Below, piece after piece: positions 33,147 to 42,823 of a DNA stretch of 64,000 nucleotides; the first letter of the stretch is position 1, and every line of letters begins with the position of its first letter. The stretch comes from Candidatus Saccharimonadales bacterium. GTDB lineage: Bacteria; Chloroflexota; Dormibacteria; Aeolococcales; Aeolococcaceae. The translations under genes were made by a program, and so were the position numbers. Below the pieces are notes generated by a model that was given only the letters and a program-made list of their open reading frames with translations, ran no database searches and was not told the origin of the DNA. Location: the NCBI GenBank assembly GCA_035532495.1, contig DATKQX010000134.1:67051-131050 (forward strand), written 5' to 3'.

Positions 33147-33231
33147 CCCGCCGCAGGTGGGGGTTTGGAGGCGACTTGCCGCGCGGTACTCTTAGCCCCG
33201 CAATCGATTCCCCGTTGCGAAGGAGACGTTC

Positions 33232-33897
33232 GTGATACCCCTGATCATTGTCATCGTCGTCATCGTGGTCCTCGCCCTGGCGGTGGTGGCCTCGTACAAC
33301 CGCTTCGTCTCCCAGCGCAATGCGGTGCAGAACGCGTGGTCCGACATCGACACCGAGTTGAAGCGCCGGTACGATCTCATCCCCAACCTTGTCTCGACCG
33401 TCCAGGGCTACGCCGCCCACGAGCGCGGCGTCTTCGAGGAGGTCGCACAGGCGCGAACCGCCGGCATGAACGCGCAGGGACCGGCCGCCGCCGCTGCTGC
33501 CGAGGGACCATTCCAGATGGCGCTCGGTCACCTCTTCGCAGTCGCCGAGGCCTATCCGGAGTTGAAGGCCAATCAGAACTTCCTGCAACTCCAGGCGACG
33601 CTGTCCGACACCGAGGATCGCATTCAGGCCGCTCGCCAGATCTACAACGCGAACGTCCAGCAGTTCAACCGCCGCGTTCAGGCGTTCCCGTCGAACGTCA
33701 TCGCCAACATGTTCCATTTCCAGAACGCGGAGTTCTTCCAGATCGACGCCGCGCAGCGCGCCGTCGTCGCGGAGGCGCCGAAGGTCGACTTCAGCGCGAT
33801 CACCAACGCGACCTACGGTCAGGCGCCCGGAGCCGCTCCGGCACCCACCGTGCCGGCGCCCGGCACGCCGGGGACTCCGCCAACCTCCGGGGCCTGA
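33232..33897 (+). CDS. LemA family protein
   Basis: N-terminal TM segment and the LemA motif QNAWSDIDTELKRRYDLIPNLV...AYPELKANQNF. Confidence 0.9.
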   Translation: MIPLIIVIVVIVVLALAVVASYNRFVSQRNAVQNAWSDIDTELKRRYDLIPNLVSTVQGYAAHERGVFEEVAQARTAGMNAQGPAAAAAAEGPFQMALGHLFAVAEAYPELKANQNFLQLQATLSDTEDRIQAARQIYNANVQQFNRRVQAFPSNVIANMFHFQNAEFFQIDAAQRAVVAEAPKVDFSAITNATYGQAPGAAPAPTVPAPGTPGTPPTSGA

Positions 33898-33907
33898 GGC
33901 ACAGCCG

Positions 33908-35668
33908 GTGCAGCCGGCGCCGCGTCGCTGGCGGGTGAGCGACGCCGCGCCGCTTCCCGGTATGCATCCCGTCGTCGCCCGGCTGCTTGCCGGGCGCGGG
34001 TATGACGCCGCGGGGGCGGCCGCCTTCCTCGCAACGGACGGCGGCTACCACGATCCCTTCGGATTACCCGCGATGGACGCGGCCGTCGCCACGGTTCGTG
34101 CCGCGATGCGCGATGGGATCGCCATCGCCATCTACGGCGACTACGACGCGGACGGCGTCACCGCCTGCGCAATGCTCACGCGCTGCCTCCGCGCCGCGGG
34201 CGCGACGGTCGTCCCGTACATCCCGAACCGCATGACCGAGGGCTACGGGCTGCATGCTGCGGCACTGACGGATCTGGCGGCGCAAGGCGTCGGCTGTGTG
34301 ATCACCGTCGACTGCGGCACCAGCAGCGTCGACGTCGCGCTCCACCGCCCCAAGGGGATGCGCCTGGTGGTCACCGACCACCACCTCGCGCTCGCCCCGG
34401 GTGGCTCGCCGCCACAACTGGCACCGGCGGACGCGCTCGTGAACCCGAAGCTTCCCGGCTCCACGTATCCATTCGACGGGCTCGCGGGTGCCGGGGTCGC
34501 GTTCAAGCTCGTCCACGCCCTCGAAGTGAGCGGGGCAGTCCCGCCCGGCAGCGCCGACGCGTCCCTGGGCCTCGCCGCGCTGGGGACGATCGCGGACATG
34601 ATGCCGCTCCGCGGTGAGAACCGTGTGATCGTCCGGGACGGTCTGCCGCGCATGGTCGAGCTTCCCGGGCTGCGCGCGCTCTGCGAGGCCGCGGGCACGG
34701 CAATCCCGCCCAGAGGCACCGACATCGCATTCGCCGTCGGGCCGCGCATCAATGCGGCCGGCAGGATGGAGGATGCCCGCCTCGCGCTCCAGCTGTGCCT
34801 CTCCGATGATCCCGAGGAGTCCGCCCGGCTCGCGGCCGATCTCGACACCCAGAATCGCCTTCGGCAGCAAGCGGTCGCTGTCGCGCTCACGCAGGCCGAG
34901 GCGCGTGTCGCCGAGATCGATGAGGACGCTCCCGCGATCGTCCTCGGCGATCCGGACTGGCCGATGGGCATCGTCGGTCTCGTGGCCGGGCGGATCGCCG
35001 AGCGGTATGCGCGCCCGACCTTCATTGCCTGCCTCGACCCGGCAGAGGCGAAGGGCTCGGCGCGCACGGCGGGGGGCGTCCACATCGTTCGGGCGCTTGA
35101 CGGCGCCGCGCCGGCGCTGCTTCGGTACGGCGGCCACGCCGCCGCCGCAGGCTTCAGCCTCGAGGCCTCGCGGTTCGACGAGTTTCGCGACCTCGTGACA
35201 GCTGCGGTCGGGGAGCAGAATGCCGGCATCGAACGCCGCAGGGACTTCGCCGTGGACTGCGAGATCTCGGGCATCGACGTGACCCCGGAGCTGTGCGACG
35301 CACTCGAACAGCTTCAGCCGTGCGGCCAGGGCAACCCGGAACCGCTCCTGTCCGTGCGCGGCGCGCGGGTGCTCGGCGCCTCGACCTTCGGCTCGGAGCG
35401 CCAGCACATCAGGGTCGCGCTCGCGACGGGGGAGGGCATCGTCGAGGCGATCGCCTTCAACAAACCCGAACTTGCGGATCGCCTCAGCGATTACCTGCCT
35501 CGGGGCCGGGTCGTCGATGCCTGCTTCGGACTCGATCAGGACACGTTCCAGGGACTCGTCCGGGTCCGGGCACGCTTGCGCGATCTCCGGCCTGCGCAGG
35601 AGGTGGCGCTCAACGGCCGTCCCATCGCGGGGGGTGTGGCGATGCTGCCGGGCCTCGCGGCAGATTAG
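33908..35668 (+). CDS. recJ: single-stranded-DNA-specific exonuclease RecJ
   Basis: DHH motifs IAIYGDYDADGVT and VVTDHH, plus a DHHA1 region. 586 aa. Confidence 0.9.
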   Translation: MQPAPRRWRVSDAAPLPGMHPVVARLLAGRGYDAAGAAAFLATDGGYHDPFGLPAMDAAVATVRAAMRDGIAIAIYGDYDADGVTACAMLTRCLRAAGATVVPYIPNRMTEGYGLHAAALTDLAAQGVGCVITVDCGTSSVDVALHRPKGMRLVVTDHHLALAPGGSPPQLAPADALVNPKLPGSTYPFDGLAGAGVAFKLVHALEVSGAVPPGSADASLGLAALGTIADMMPLRGENRVIVRDGLPRMVELPGLRALCEAAGTAIPPRGTDIAFAVGPRINAAGRMEDARLALQLCLSDDPEESARLAADLDTQNRLRQQAVAVALTQAEARVAEIDEDAPAIVLGDPDWPMGIVGLVAGRIAERYARPTFIACLDPAEAKGSARTAGGVHIVRALDGAAPALLRYGGHAAAAGFSLEASRFDEFRDLVTAAVGEQNAGIERRRDFAVDCEISGIDVTPELCDALEQLQPCGQGNPEPLLSVRGARVLGASTFGSERQHIRVALATGEGIVEAIAFNKPELADRLSDYLPRGRVVDACFGLDQDTFQGLVRVRARLRDLRPAQEVALNGRPIAGGVAMLPGLAAD

Positions 35669-36288
35669 ATCCGTCCGCTGAGGGTCGCGACGCCGTCGCC
35701 GGTGAGGTCGGCCAGGCCGGCCTTTCGTCCGGTGAGCGCGATGATGATCGACGCCAACCGGCCCTTCACCTCCGGTCCGACGCCTTCGCTCCAGTCGACG
35801 TCGGTGGCGTTCAGCTTGAGCCCGGTCGCGCGTCGCTTGCCTCCCAGGAGCAGGTTGCCTCTGATGACGAAATGGCCGACGAGCGTCAGTGCCTCCGGCT
35901 GGTAGGTGTGCGTGATGCCGAGCGGCCGGCGGATGTCCTCGCCGTGGATGACGATCTCAGCCACCATCGCGTCGAGCGGACCGGGAGGCGAGGTGGTGCG
36001 ATCGAGCTGCGCTTTGAAGCGGGCGAGCGCATCCGCGGGCGTCGTGCCCAGCTCCTCCTGCACGCCCCTGTCGTTCATCGCGTTGAAGCGGAAGCCACTA
36101 CCCGCGAACGTGCCGATGAACCTGCCCGGGGTCATCTTCGCCGTCGTGGTCATATGGGCGAGCACGTCGCGCACCGTCCACCCGGAGCAGAGGGATGGAG
36201 TCGACCACTGCGCATCGGGAACGCGATCGAGATCGGTGATGAGCGCCAAACGCTCGGCATGAATGAGCGGCCACTGACTGCCTGCCAA
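35665..36288 (-). CDS. DinB-like / maleylpyruvate isomerase family mycothiol-dependent enzyme (TIGR03083-like)
   Basis: Motif WSTPSLCSGWTVRDVLAHMT. I prefer TTG 36288, preceded by GGAGG at -12. The first 26 codons of the 233-aa ORF (to 36366) are Cys/Arg-rich and do not look like protein. Confidence 0.75.
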   Translation of the reverse strand: MAGSQWPLIHAERLALITDLDRVPDAQWSTPSLCSGWTVRDVLAHMTTTAKMTPGRFIGTFAGSGFRFNAMNDRGVQEELGTTPADALARFKAQLDRTTSPPGPLDAMVAEIVIHGEDIRRPLGITHTYQPEALTLVGHFVIRGNLLLGGKRRATGLKLNATDVDWSEGVGPEVKGRLASIIIALTGRKAGLADLTGDGVATLSGRI

Positions 36289-36477
36289 CGGGATACCTCC
36301 GTGCGCGCCGGGTGCGCTGAACTCGCACCGACTGTAGCAGCGGCACCGGACTCCCGCCCCCCACACCGTTACAGCTTCCGCACTTGTTTCGGCCGCAACT
36401 CGGTGCTAGCGTCGGAGGGCGAACTCGGCCACCGATGAGCTCGGTGAGCGTGATGAGGACGTATCCGGAGGTACCTC

Positions 36478-37956
36478 ATGCTCGAGGAAATCGGTATCCC
36501 TCGACTCGTGGTCGGCGGCCTGGGATCAGGTTCCGGGAAGACGTCGATCAGCCTCGGCCTCACCGCCGCGCTGCGACAGCGCGGCCGCACCGTGCAGACC
36601 TTCAAGGTCGGCGCCGACTTCATCGACACCGCATACCTGGCCCATGCCAGCCGCCGGCCCTGTCGCAACCTTGATTCCTGGCTGCTCGGCGGCGACGGTG
36701 TTCGTCGCTCGCTCGCCCACGGCTCCCTCGGCGCGGACCGTGTGATCGTCGAGGGCGCGATGGGACTGCTCGACGGTCACGGCATGGCTGCCGATACTTC
36801 GGTGGGGGGCGTTGCCGAGTTCGCGGGGAGCACGCTCGAGGTCGCCCGGCTCATCGCGGCGCCGGTCGTGCTCGTCATCGACGCCTGGGAGATGGGCGAA
36901 ACGTCGGCCGCCGCCGTCCTGGGAATCAAGCAGCTGGACCGCTCGGCGAGCGTGGTCGGCGTCGTCCTCAACAATGTCCCCAACGATTACCGGCGCCGCG
37001 TCATCGAAGATTCGATCTGGTCACTCGCGCGCATGCCGGTGCTGGGTGCGCTCCCACGGATCCCGTCGGTGAGGATCCCGGCGCTGCGTACGGGGTTGCT
37101 GCCGCTGCTGCAGAACCCGAACGTCGACGAGGCCATCGCCGAGCTTGGGGAGGCGGTCGCCCGTGACTGCGACCTCGACCTCATCGAGCGGTTGATGGGT
37201 CGTGCGCGGATGGTGCGTCCGCCTGTCGCCCATCGCGCTGCCGACCACCAGGCCGGCGGCCCTGTCCGCATCGGAGTCGCCTTCGACGACGCCTTCTGCT
37301 TCTACTACCCGGAGAATCTTGAGCTGCTCGAGGACGCCGGAGCGGAGATCGTCACGTTCTCCCCGCTCGACGACGACGCCCTCCCACGCGATCTCGGCCT
37401 CATCTATGTGGGCGGCGGTATCTCCGAGGCGTTCGTCCCGCGCCTCGCTGCCAACCACGCGTTTCTCGAGTCATTTCGGCGCGCACGCGCGACCGGCGTG
37501 CCGATCTATGCGGAAGGATGCGGCCTGCAGTACTCGGCACGTTCGCTGCGCACCAGTGACGGCGAGGTCCATCTGATGGCAGGCATCATCCCCATCGACG
37601 TCGCGCTCGAGGCGGGCACGCTGCACAGCGGCTATCGCGACCTCAGCATCGCGACCGATTCGATGCTGGGCCCCGCCGGGACGCGCCTGCGTGGACACGA
37701 GTTCCACTTCAGCCGGTTGCTCTCGGGCGGCGACTGCCTCAGCCCCGCGTACTCGATGCATGACTGCGACGGGGAACCGCTCGGTTGTGAGGGCTGGACC
37801 GATCCGCTGCTGCTCGCGTCGTTCATCCACCTGCATTTCGGCCAGGACCAGGAGCTTGCCGGCCGGCTCGTCGCTGCCGCTCGGGCGTCGATCGACGCGC
37901 GGCACCAGGACGCCGCACTGACGGGCCGCGGGACCCGATTCACCGCCCCGGTGTAG
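36478..37956 (+). CDS. cobB: cobyrinate (hydrogenobyrinate) a,c-diamide synthase
   Basis: N-terminal GSGSGKTSISLGLTAALRQRGRTVQTFKVGADFIDTAY and NLDSWLL, with a C-terminal GATase-like PIYAEGCGLQY. 492 aa. Confidence 0.88.
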   Translation: MLEEIGIPRLVVGGLGSGSGKTSISLGLTAALRQRGRTVQTFKVGADFIDTAYLAHASRRPCRNLDSWLLGGDGVRRSLAHGSLGADRVIVEGAMGLLDGHGMAADTSVGGVAEFAGSTLEVARLIAAPVVLVIDAWEMGETSAAAVLGIKQLDRSASVVGVVLNNVPNDYRRRVIEDSIWSLARMPVLGALPRIPSVRIPALRTGLLPLLQNPNVDEAIAELGEAVARDCDLDLIERLMGRARMVRPPVAHRAADHQAGGPVRIGVAFDDAFCFYYPENLELLEDAGAEIVTFSPLDDDALPRDLGLIYVGGGISEAFVPRLAANHAFLESFRRARATGVPIYAEGCGLQYSARSLRTSDGEVHLMAGIIPIDVALEAGTLHSGYRDLSIATDSMLGPAGTRLRGHEFHFSRLLSGGDCLSPAYSMHDCDGEPLGCEGWTDPLLLASFIHLHFGQDQELAGRLVAAARASIDARHQDAALTGRGTRFTAPV

Positions 37957-37968
37957 GCTTGGGACGCG

Positions 37969-39369
37969 ATGTCCCAGGCCCCCTCCACCATTGGTGAATT
38001 GCGTCGCGCGGAGTACCGCGTTCTGCCGGTCAGAACCGAGCTTCGCCGCAACCTCATTCGCAGGCTCAGCAATCACGAGGAGTTGTTCGGCGGCATCCGT
38101 GGGTACGACGACTCGGTCATCCCGCAGATCGAGAACGCGATCCTCGCAGGCCAGGACATCGTCCTTCTCGGTGAGCGCGGCCAGGCGAAATCCCGGCTGA
38201 TTCGCGCGCTCATCACGCTGCTCGACGACGCAGTGCCGGCGATCGCGGGATGCGAGATCAACGACGACCCGTACGCCCCCATCTGCCGCCGCTGCCGTGA
38301 CCTCGTCGGTGAGAACGGTGACGCGACGGAGCTGGCGTGGCTGACGCCCGACCAGCGTTACTCAGAGAAACTTGCGACGCCGGACACATCAATTGCCGAC
38401 CTCATCGGAGAGGTCGATCCGATTCGTGTCGCAGAGGGACGCTATCTCTCCGACGAGCTCACCATCCATTACGGGCTGATCCCGCGCACGAACCGCGGCA
38501 TCTTCGCGATCAACGAGTTGCCCGACCTCGCAGAGCGCATCCAGGTCGGTCTGCTCAACATCATGGAAGAGCGCGACGTCCAGATCCGCGGCTACCGGTT
38601 GCGCATGCCGCTCGATGTGTTCGTCGTCGCGAGCGCGAACCCCGAGGACTACACGAACCGGGGCCGGATCATCACGCCGCTCAAGGACCGCTTCGGCGCC
38701 CAGGTTCGCACGCACTATCCGCGCAGCCTCGAGGACGAGATCGCGATCGCCGAGCAGGAGCGCATGACGTTCGACGACATGCCCGTGCCGGTGATCGTTC
38801 CCGGGTTTATGCAGGAGATCGTGGCCGAGCTGTCGCACGTTGCCCGGCGCCATCCGCAGGTCAACCAGCGCAGCGGTGTGTCGGTGCGGCTCACGACGGC
38901 CAATTACGAGAACCTCGCTGCCGGCGCGCTGCGGCGCGCTCTGCGCACCGGTGAGCGCGAGGCCGTTGCGCGCGTGAGTGACCTCGCGGCGCTGTCGTCG
39001 TCGACGTCGGGGAAGATCGAGCTCGAGACCTGGGAGGACGGCGACGACGGCGCGGTCCTCGAGAAGCTCATGCGAACCGCGTGCAACAACGTCTTCCGCC
39101 GTCATTTCACGGTGCAGGAATTCAGCGACCTGGTGCAGCGGTTCGATCGCGGCGGCTTCACCGTCGAGGTTGGCGACCAGCACAAGGTCGCCGACTACGC
39201 GCAGGCGCTCGCCGAGCTCGGTGGCGTCGAGAAAGCCCGGCAGCGGCTTGGTGAACCCGACAGCGATGCGATGCGGGTCGCTGTGCTCGAGTTCATCCTC
39301 GAGGGACTGCACCTCGGCAAGCGGCTCAACAAGACCGCTCTCGACGGAAGCGCGGTCTATGGAGGATGA
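37969..39369 (+). CDS. ChlI/'magnesium chelatase'-like AAA+ ATPase (466 aa)
   Basis: Walker A LLGERGQAKS, Walker B GIFAINELPDL, and an arginine-finger region ITPLKDRFG. It starts 12 nt after the cobB stop. Confidence 0.85.
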   Translation: MSQAPSTIGELRRAEYRVLPVRTELRRNLIRRLSNHEELFGGIRGYDDSVIPQIENAILAGQDIVLLGERGQAKSRLIRALITLLDDAVPAIAGCEINDDPYAPICRRCRDLVGENGDATELAWLTPDQRYSEKLATPDTSIADLIGEVDPIRVAEGRYLSDELTIHYGLIPRTNRGIFAINELPDLAERIQVGLLNIMEERDVQIRGYRLRMPLDVFVVASANPEDYTNRGRIITPLKDRFGAQVRTHYPRSLEDEIAIAEQERMTFDDMPVPVIVPGFMQEIVAELSHVARRHPQVNQRSGVSVRLTTANYENLAAGALRRALRTGEREAVARVSDLAALSSSTSGKIELETWEDGDDGAVLEKLMRTACNNVFRRHFTVQEFSDLVQRFDRGGFTVEVGDQHKVADYAQALAELGGVEKARQRLGEPDSDAMRVAVLEFILEGLHLGKRLNKTALDGSAVYGG

Positions 39370-41515
39370 ACCGCTCGACGAGCGGCCGCTCTTCGAGCTG
39401 AAACCCGGCGCTCGTCAGCACCGCTTCAGCGTCTGGGATGGCTCCCAGGATCCCCTTGGGGACGAGGCGGATGCGCTGTTCGATCGCCTCAGCGAGGACG
39501 TCTTCCACGGGTGGGACTTCGAGACTGCGTTGCGGCGTCTGCTGAGTCAGGGTTGGCGTGACCGCGACGGCCGCAAGTTCGCCGGGCTCGAGGAGCTCAT
39601 GGAGCGGCTGCGCAAGCAGCGCCAGAAGCAACTGGAGCGGTACAGCCTCGACAACGTCTTCAAGGACATCGAGGAGAAGCTCGACAACGTGCTCCGGCTC
39701 GAGCGCGAGGGAATTGACGAGCGTCTGCAGAACGCGACCGACGCGTCCGCGAAGCGAATCCTCGAGCGCGTCGCGAGCAAGCGCCGCGAGCTGCTCGACA
39801 ACCTTCCGCAGGAACCCGGCGGTGTGATCAAGGAGCTGCAGGGCTACGAGTTCATGGATCAGCGCGCCGAGCAGGCGTTCCAGAAACTCGTCGAGGCGAT
39901 CAAGCAGAACGTCGTCGACACGTACTTCAAGCAGATGTCGCAGCAGATGAGCCAGATGTCCAAGCAGGACATCACCGCGCTGCGCGAGATGGCTCGCGAC
40001 CTCAACGCGCTCGTGCGCCAGAAGCTCGAGGGTGTGCCGCAGGCGCAGCTGCAGCACAACTACGAAGACTTCCTGAAGCGGTGGGGCTCGATGTTTCCCG
40101 ATGCTCCGGCGACGTTCGACGAATTCCTTGCGCAGCTTGCCGCGCAGATGGCGCGCATGGACTCGCTGATGCAGTCACTCTCGCCGGAGATGCGTCACCA
40201 GCTCGAGGAGATGGTCGCCGCGACGTTCAGTGATGAGGACCTGCAGGCGCAGCTCGCGGAGTTGATGAGCGGGCTCGAGCTGCTGTCGGATCGCCGTCAT
40301 CTCGGGCAGCGCTATGGGTTTTTCGGCAACGAGCAGCTGCCGTTCGACGAAGCGATGGGTGTCATGGATCGCCTCCAGTCGATCGAGGAGCTCGAGCGCG
40401 GGCTCCGTGGCATGTATCGCGGCGAGCCGCTCGACACCGCGACGGAGGAAGCGCTTCGCGACGTGCTCGGAGAGAACGCGGCGCGCGACCTGTCGCGCCT
40501 GCAGCGCATGACAGATCAGCTCGAGCAACGCGGACTGGTCGAGCGTGACGGCGAGGGGATGAAGCTCACCGCGCGCGGGCTCCGGCGCATCGGACAGAAG
40601 GCGCTGGGAGATCTCTTCGCGCGGTTGCGTCGCGACCGTTTCGGGGATCATCCGATCGCGCGTCACGGTCAAGGGGGAGAGCGCGAAGAGGACACGAAGC
40701 CTTATGAGTTCGGCGACGTGTTTGACCTGGATGTCCGCGAAACCCTCATGAACGCCGTGCGGCGGGACGCCGACGACTCGTCTCTGCTCGGTGCGGACGG
40801 GGGGACATCCGCTCCGGCGACTCCCCAGGCTGTGTCGCCTCCGCGTATGTCCCCCCGTCCTGACGCGCAGCGCGGTCGGCGACGTCCCATTCCTCGGCTG
40901 GCTCCTGAGGATTTCGTTGTGCATCGGTCGGATACGCTCACGCGGTCGGCGACGGTCCTCATGCTTGACATGAGTAGATCGATGCCGCTGCGCGGCTATT
41001 TTTATGCAGCGAAGAAGGTGGCGCTGGCGCTGGATTCGTTGATTCGGAGTGCGTATCCGCGGGACACGCTGCACATCATCGGGTTCAGTGATCTGGCACG
41101 AGAGATCAGTCCCGCGGCGTTGCCGCATCTCTCGGTGAACGAGTACGTCTACGGCACGAACATGCAGCATGGATTGATGCTGGCGCGGCGGTTGCTGGCG
41201 CGCGATCCTGGTGAGAACAAGCAGATCATCATCGTCAGCGACGGCGAGCCGACTGCGCACATCGAGAACGGCCGGCCGGTCTTCTTCTATCCGCCGTTGC
41301 CGGAGACGTTTCACAAGACGTTGCTGGAGGTGAAGCGCTGCACGCGCGAGAACATCGTCATCAACACGTTCATGCTCGAGTCGAACCATCACCTCGTGCA
41401 GTTCGTCAACCAGATGACGCGGCTCAACCGCGGACGTGCGTTCTTCATCAGCCCGGACCGGCTCGGCGACTACGTCCTCGTCGACTACGTGAGCTCGAAG
41501 CGAGGCGCAGCGTAG
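39359..41515 (+). CDS. VWA domain protein with a long N-terminal coiled-coil region (718 aa)
   Basis: ATG 39359 overlaps the ATPase gene by 11 nt. C-terminal VWA with MIDAS motif LMLDMSRSM...IIIVSDGEPT. The 845-aa ORF from 38978 is an artefactual extension. Confidence 0.8.
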   Translation: MEDEPLDERPLFELKPGARQHRFSVWDGSQDPLGDEADALFDRLSEDVFHGWDFETALRRLLSQGWRDRDGRKFAGLEELMERLRKQRQKQLERYSLDNVFKDIEEKLDNVLRLEREGIDERLQNATDASAKRILERVASKRRELLDNLPQEPGGVIKELQGYEFMDQRAEQAFQKLVEAIKQNVVDTYFKQMSQQMSQMSKQDITALREMARDLNALVRQKLEGVPQAQLQHNYEDFLKRWGSMFPDAPATFDEFLAQLAAQMARMDSLMQSLSPEMRHQLEEMVAATFSDEDLQAQLAELMSGLELLSDRRHLGQRYGFFGNEQLPFDEAMGVMDRLQSIEELERGLRGMYRGEPLDTATEEALRDVLGENAARDLSRLQRMTDQLEQRGLVERDGEGMKLTARGLRRIGQKALGDLFARLRRDRFGDHPIARHGQGGEREEDTKPYEFGDVFDLDVRETLMNAVRRDADDSSLLGADGGTSAPATPQAVSPPRMSPRPDAQRGRRRPIPRLAPEDFVVHRSDTLTRSATVLMLDMSRSMPLRGYFYAAKKVALALDSLIRSAYPRDTLHIIGFSDLAREISPAALPHLSVNEYVYGTNMQHGLMLARRLLARDPGENKQIIIVSDGEPTAHIENGRPVFFYPPLPETFHKTLLEVKRCTRENIVINTFMLESNHHLVQFVNQMTRLNRGRAFFISPDRLGDYVLVDYVSSKRGAA

Positions 41516-41519
41516 GGTC

Positions 41520-41606
41520 GTGGCGTTCCAACGCTACCTCGACCACATCCGCGGCGAGTCCCGCATCGCGTCGATGCGAGCGCGCCTCACCGCCGCCACG
41601 CAATAG
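41520..41606 (+). CDS. candidate 28-codon micro-ORF (VAFQRYLDHIRGESRIASMRARLTAATQ)
   Basis: GTG lies 4 nt after the VWA stop, and TAG lies 4 nt before the next ATG. By hand count the codon-position GC is about 71/54/89 %, the coding pattern of this genome. Too short for the ORF track. Confidence 0.25.
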   Translation: MAFQRYLDHIRGESRIASMRARLTAATQ

Positions 41607-41610
41607 CGCC

Positions 41611-42441
41611 ATGGACCGGGAGGCATTCGCGGAGCGGTTGCGCGTCCAGCTGATCGCGCGTTATCACCACGCACACGTCGATGTCGACAGCGCGCGTTTC
41701 GCGCTGCACATCACCGGCTCCGGCCTGGACCTGACCCTCCCACTCGCGCCCCTGCATCACGCGTGCGAGCGCGATGAAGCGAGGACGCCGGCGCTCATCG
41801 CCGAGTACGTGTCCTCCGTCGAGCATCAACTCACCCCGCAGCCGGCGATGATGCTGTCGACGTCGAGGCTGCTCTGGTGCGTGCGCAACGACCGTTCCAT
41901 TGCGAAGCTTGGGCGTGCGGGCGACCTGCTGCGCGCTGCGATCGGCGCAGACCTGACCGCGTTCGCCGCTGAGGAGTTGCCCGGCTCGATCATGCGCGGC
42001 GTGCCGCGCGACGAGTGGGTTGCCGCGGGCCTGACCGACGATGACGTCCAGGTCGCGACCACGGCCAACACCGCTGCACGGTTCGAACCGCTCGTCGAGC
42101 GCATCGCGAAGACCGAGCGCATCCCGGCCGACGGCTGGCGGGTCGCATCGGAGCCGCTCTTTCAGGGCAGCATGCTGATGGCGCCCGCAGTCCTCGAGGC
42201 GTTCGTGAACCGTGCCGGTGGCGATGTTCTGGTCGGCGTTCCGGATCGCGGCGTCGTGCTCGCATTGCCCGCAGCGCTGCCCACCGCCGAGCGGTTCGAG
42301 CGCCGGGTGACGCGGGAGTGGCGCGACGCGATGAACCCGTGCTCGCGCGAGTTGATGGTCACCGACGGGCGGTCGCTGCGCGCGACCTCGCGCAGGAAAC
42401 GCCTGTCAGGCCCGGTCGTTCTTCCCTGGCTGGCGGAGTAG
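41611..42441 (+). CDS. hypothetical protein (276 aa)
   Basis: Good coding signature. No family recognised with confidence. Confidence 0.6.
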   Translation: MDREAFAERLRVQLIARYHHAHVDVDSARFALHITGSGLDLTLPLAPLHHACERDEARTPALIAEYVSSVEHQLTPQPAMMLSTSRLLWCVRNDRSIAKLGRAGDLLRAAIGADLTAFAAEELPGSIMRGVPRDEWVAAGLTDDDVQVATTANTAARFEPLVERIAKTERIPADGWRVASEPLFQGSMLMAPAVLEAFVNRAGGDVLVGVPDRGVVLALPAALPTAERFERRVTREWRDAMNPCSRELMVTDGRSLRATSRRKRLSGPVVLPWLAE

Positions 42442-42798
42442 GAGGGCGCGGCCACCTTCGAGGCGGCTCGCCTCCTGACGGGCGACGATCGCGCCGGCAG
42501 CACCGATCGCGACCGCAGCGCCGAATCCGACGAGCGTTCGCACCGCAACGCGCGTCGCCTGGTTCCGTCCGCGAGTTGCGATGCCGGGCAGATCGGGTCC
42601 GTCGCCGAACCAGAGGGTCAGCGCCGTCTGATCGGCGACGACGTCGCCCTCGGAGCGAACATGGCTGCGCTCGATACGCACCGCCGCAGGACGCGGGCCT
42701 CGCCATCGGCTCGTGTCCAGCAGTCCGGGCGCGGCGCGAAGTGCGCCGCTGTTGGCGATCGCTCGAACAAGTGCAACGGCCCGCTCCGACGTCGCCAT
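42406..42798 (-). CDS. hypothetical small protein with a C-terminal hydrophobic segment
   Basis: Internal ATG of ORF 42406-42903 (MATSERAVALVRAIANSG...LVGFGAAVAIGAAGAIV...). Alternative frames here are Arg-rich artefacts. Confidence 0.35.
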   Translation of the reverse strand: MATSERAVALVRAIANSGALRAAPGLLDTSRWRGPRPAAVRIERSHVRSEGDVVADQTALTLWFGDGPDLPGIATRGRNQATRVAVRTLVGFGAAVAIGAAGAIVARQEASRLEGGRALLLRQPGKNDRA

Positions 42799-42823
42799 AG
42801 CTCGAAAGGATAGCGTTCTGCTG

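Noticed and set aside
36289-36477. Possible cobalamin riboswitch in the 189-nt region upstream of cobB. GCCACTG lies nearby at 36271 and a GGTG...ACTGT-like string at 36321-36345. There are also three AACTCGG/AGCTCGG repeats at 36397, 36422 and 36438.
   Set aside because: There is no GGGAA core, no recognisable B12 box (AGYCAGGA..CCTGCC), and no matching helices. The GCCACTG lies inside the divergent DinB-like coding region. The short repeats are irregularly spaced (25 and 16 nt) and too weak to call.
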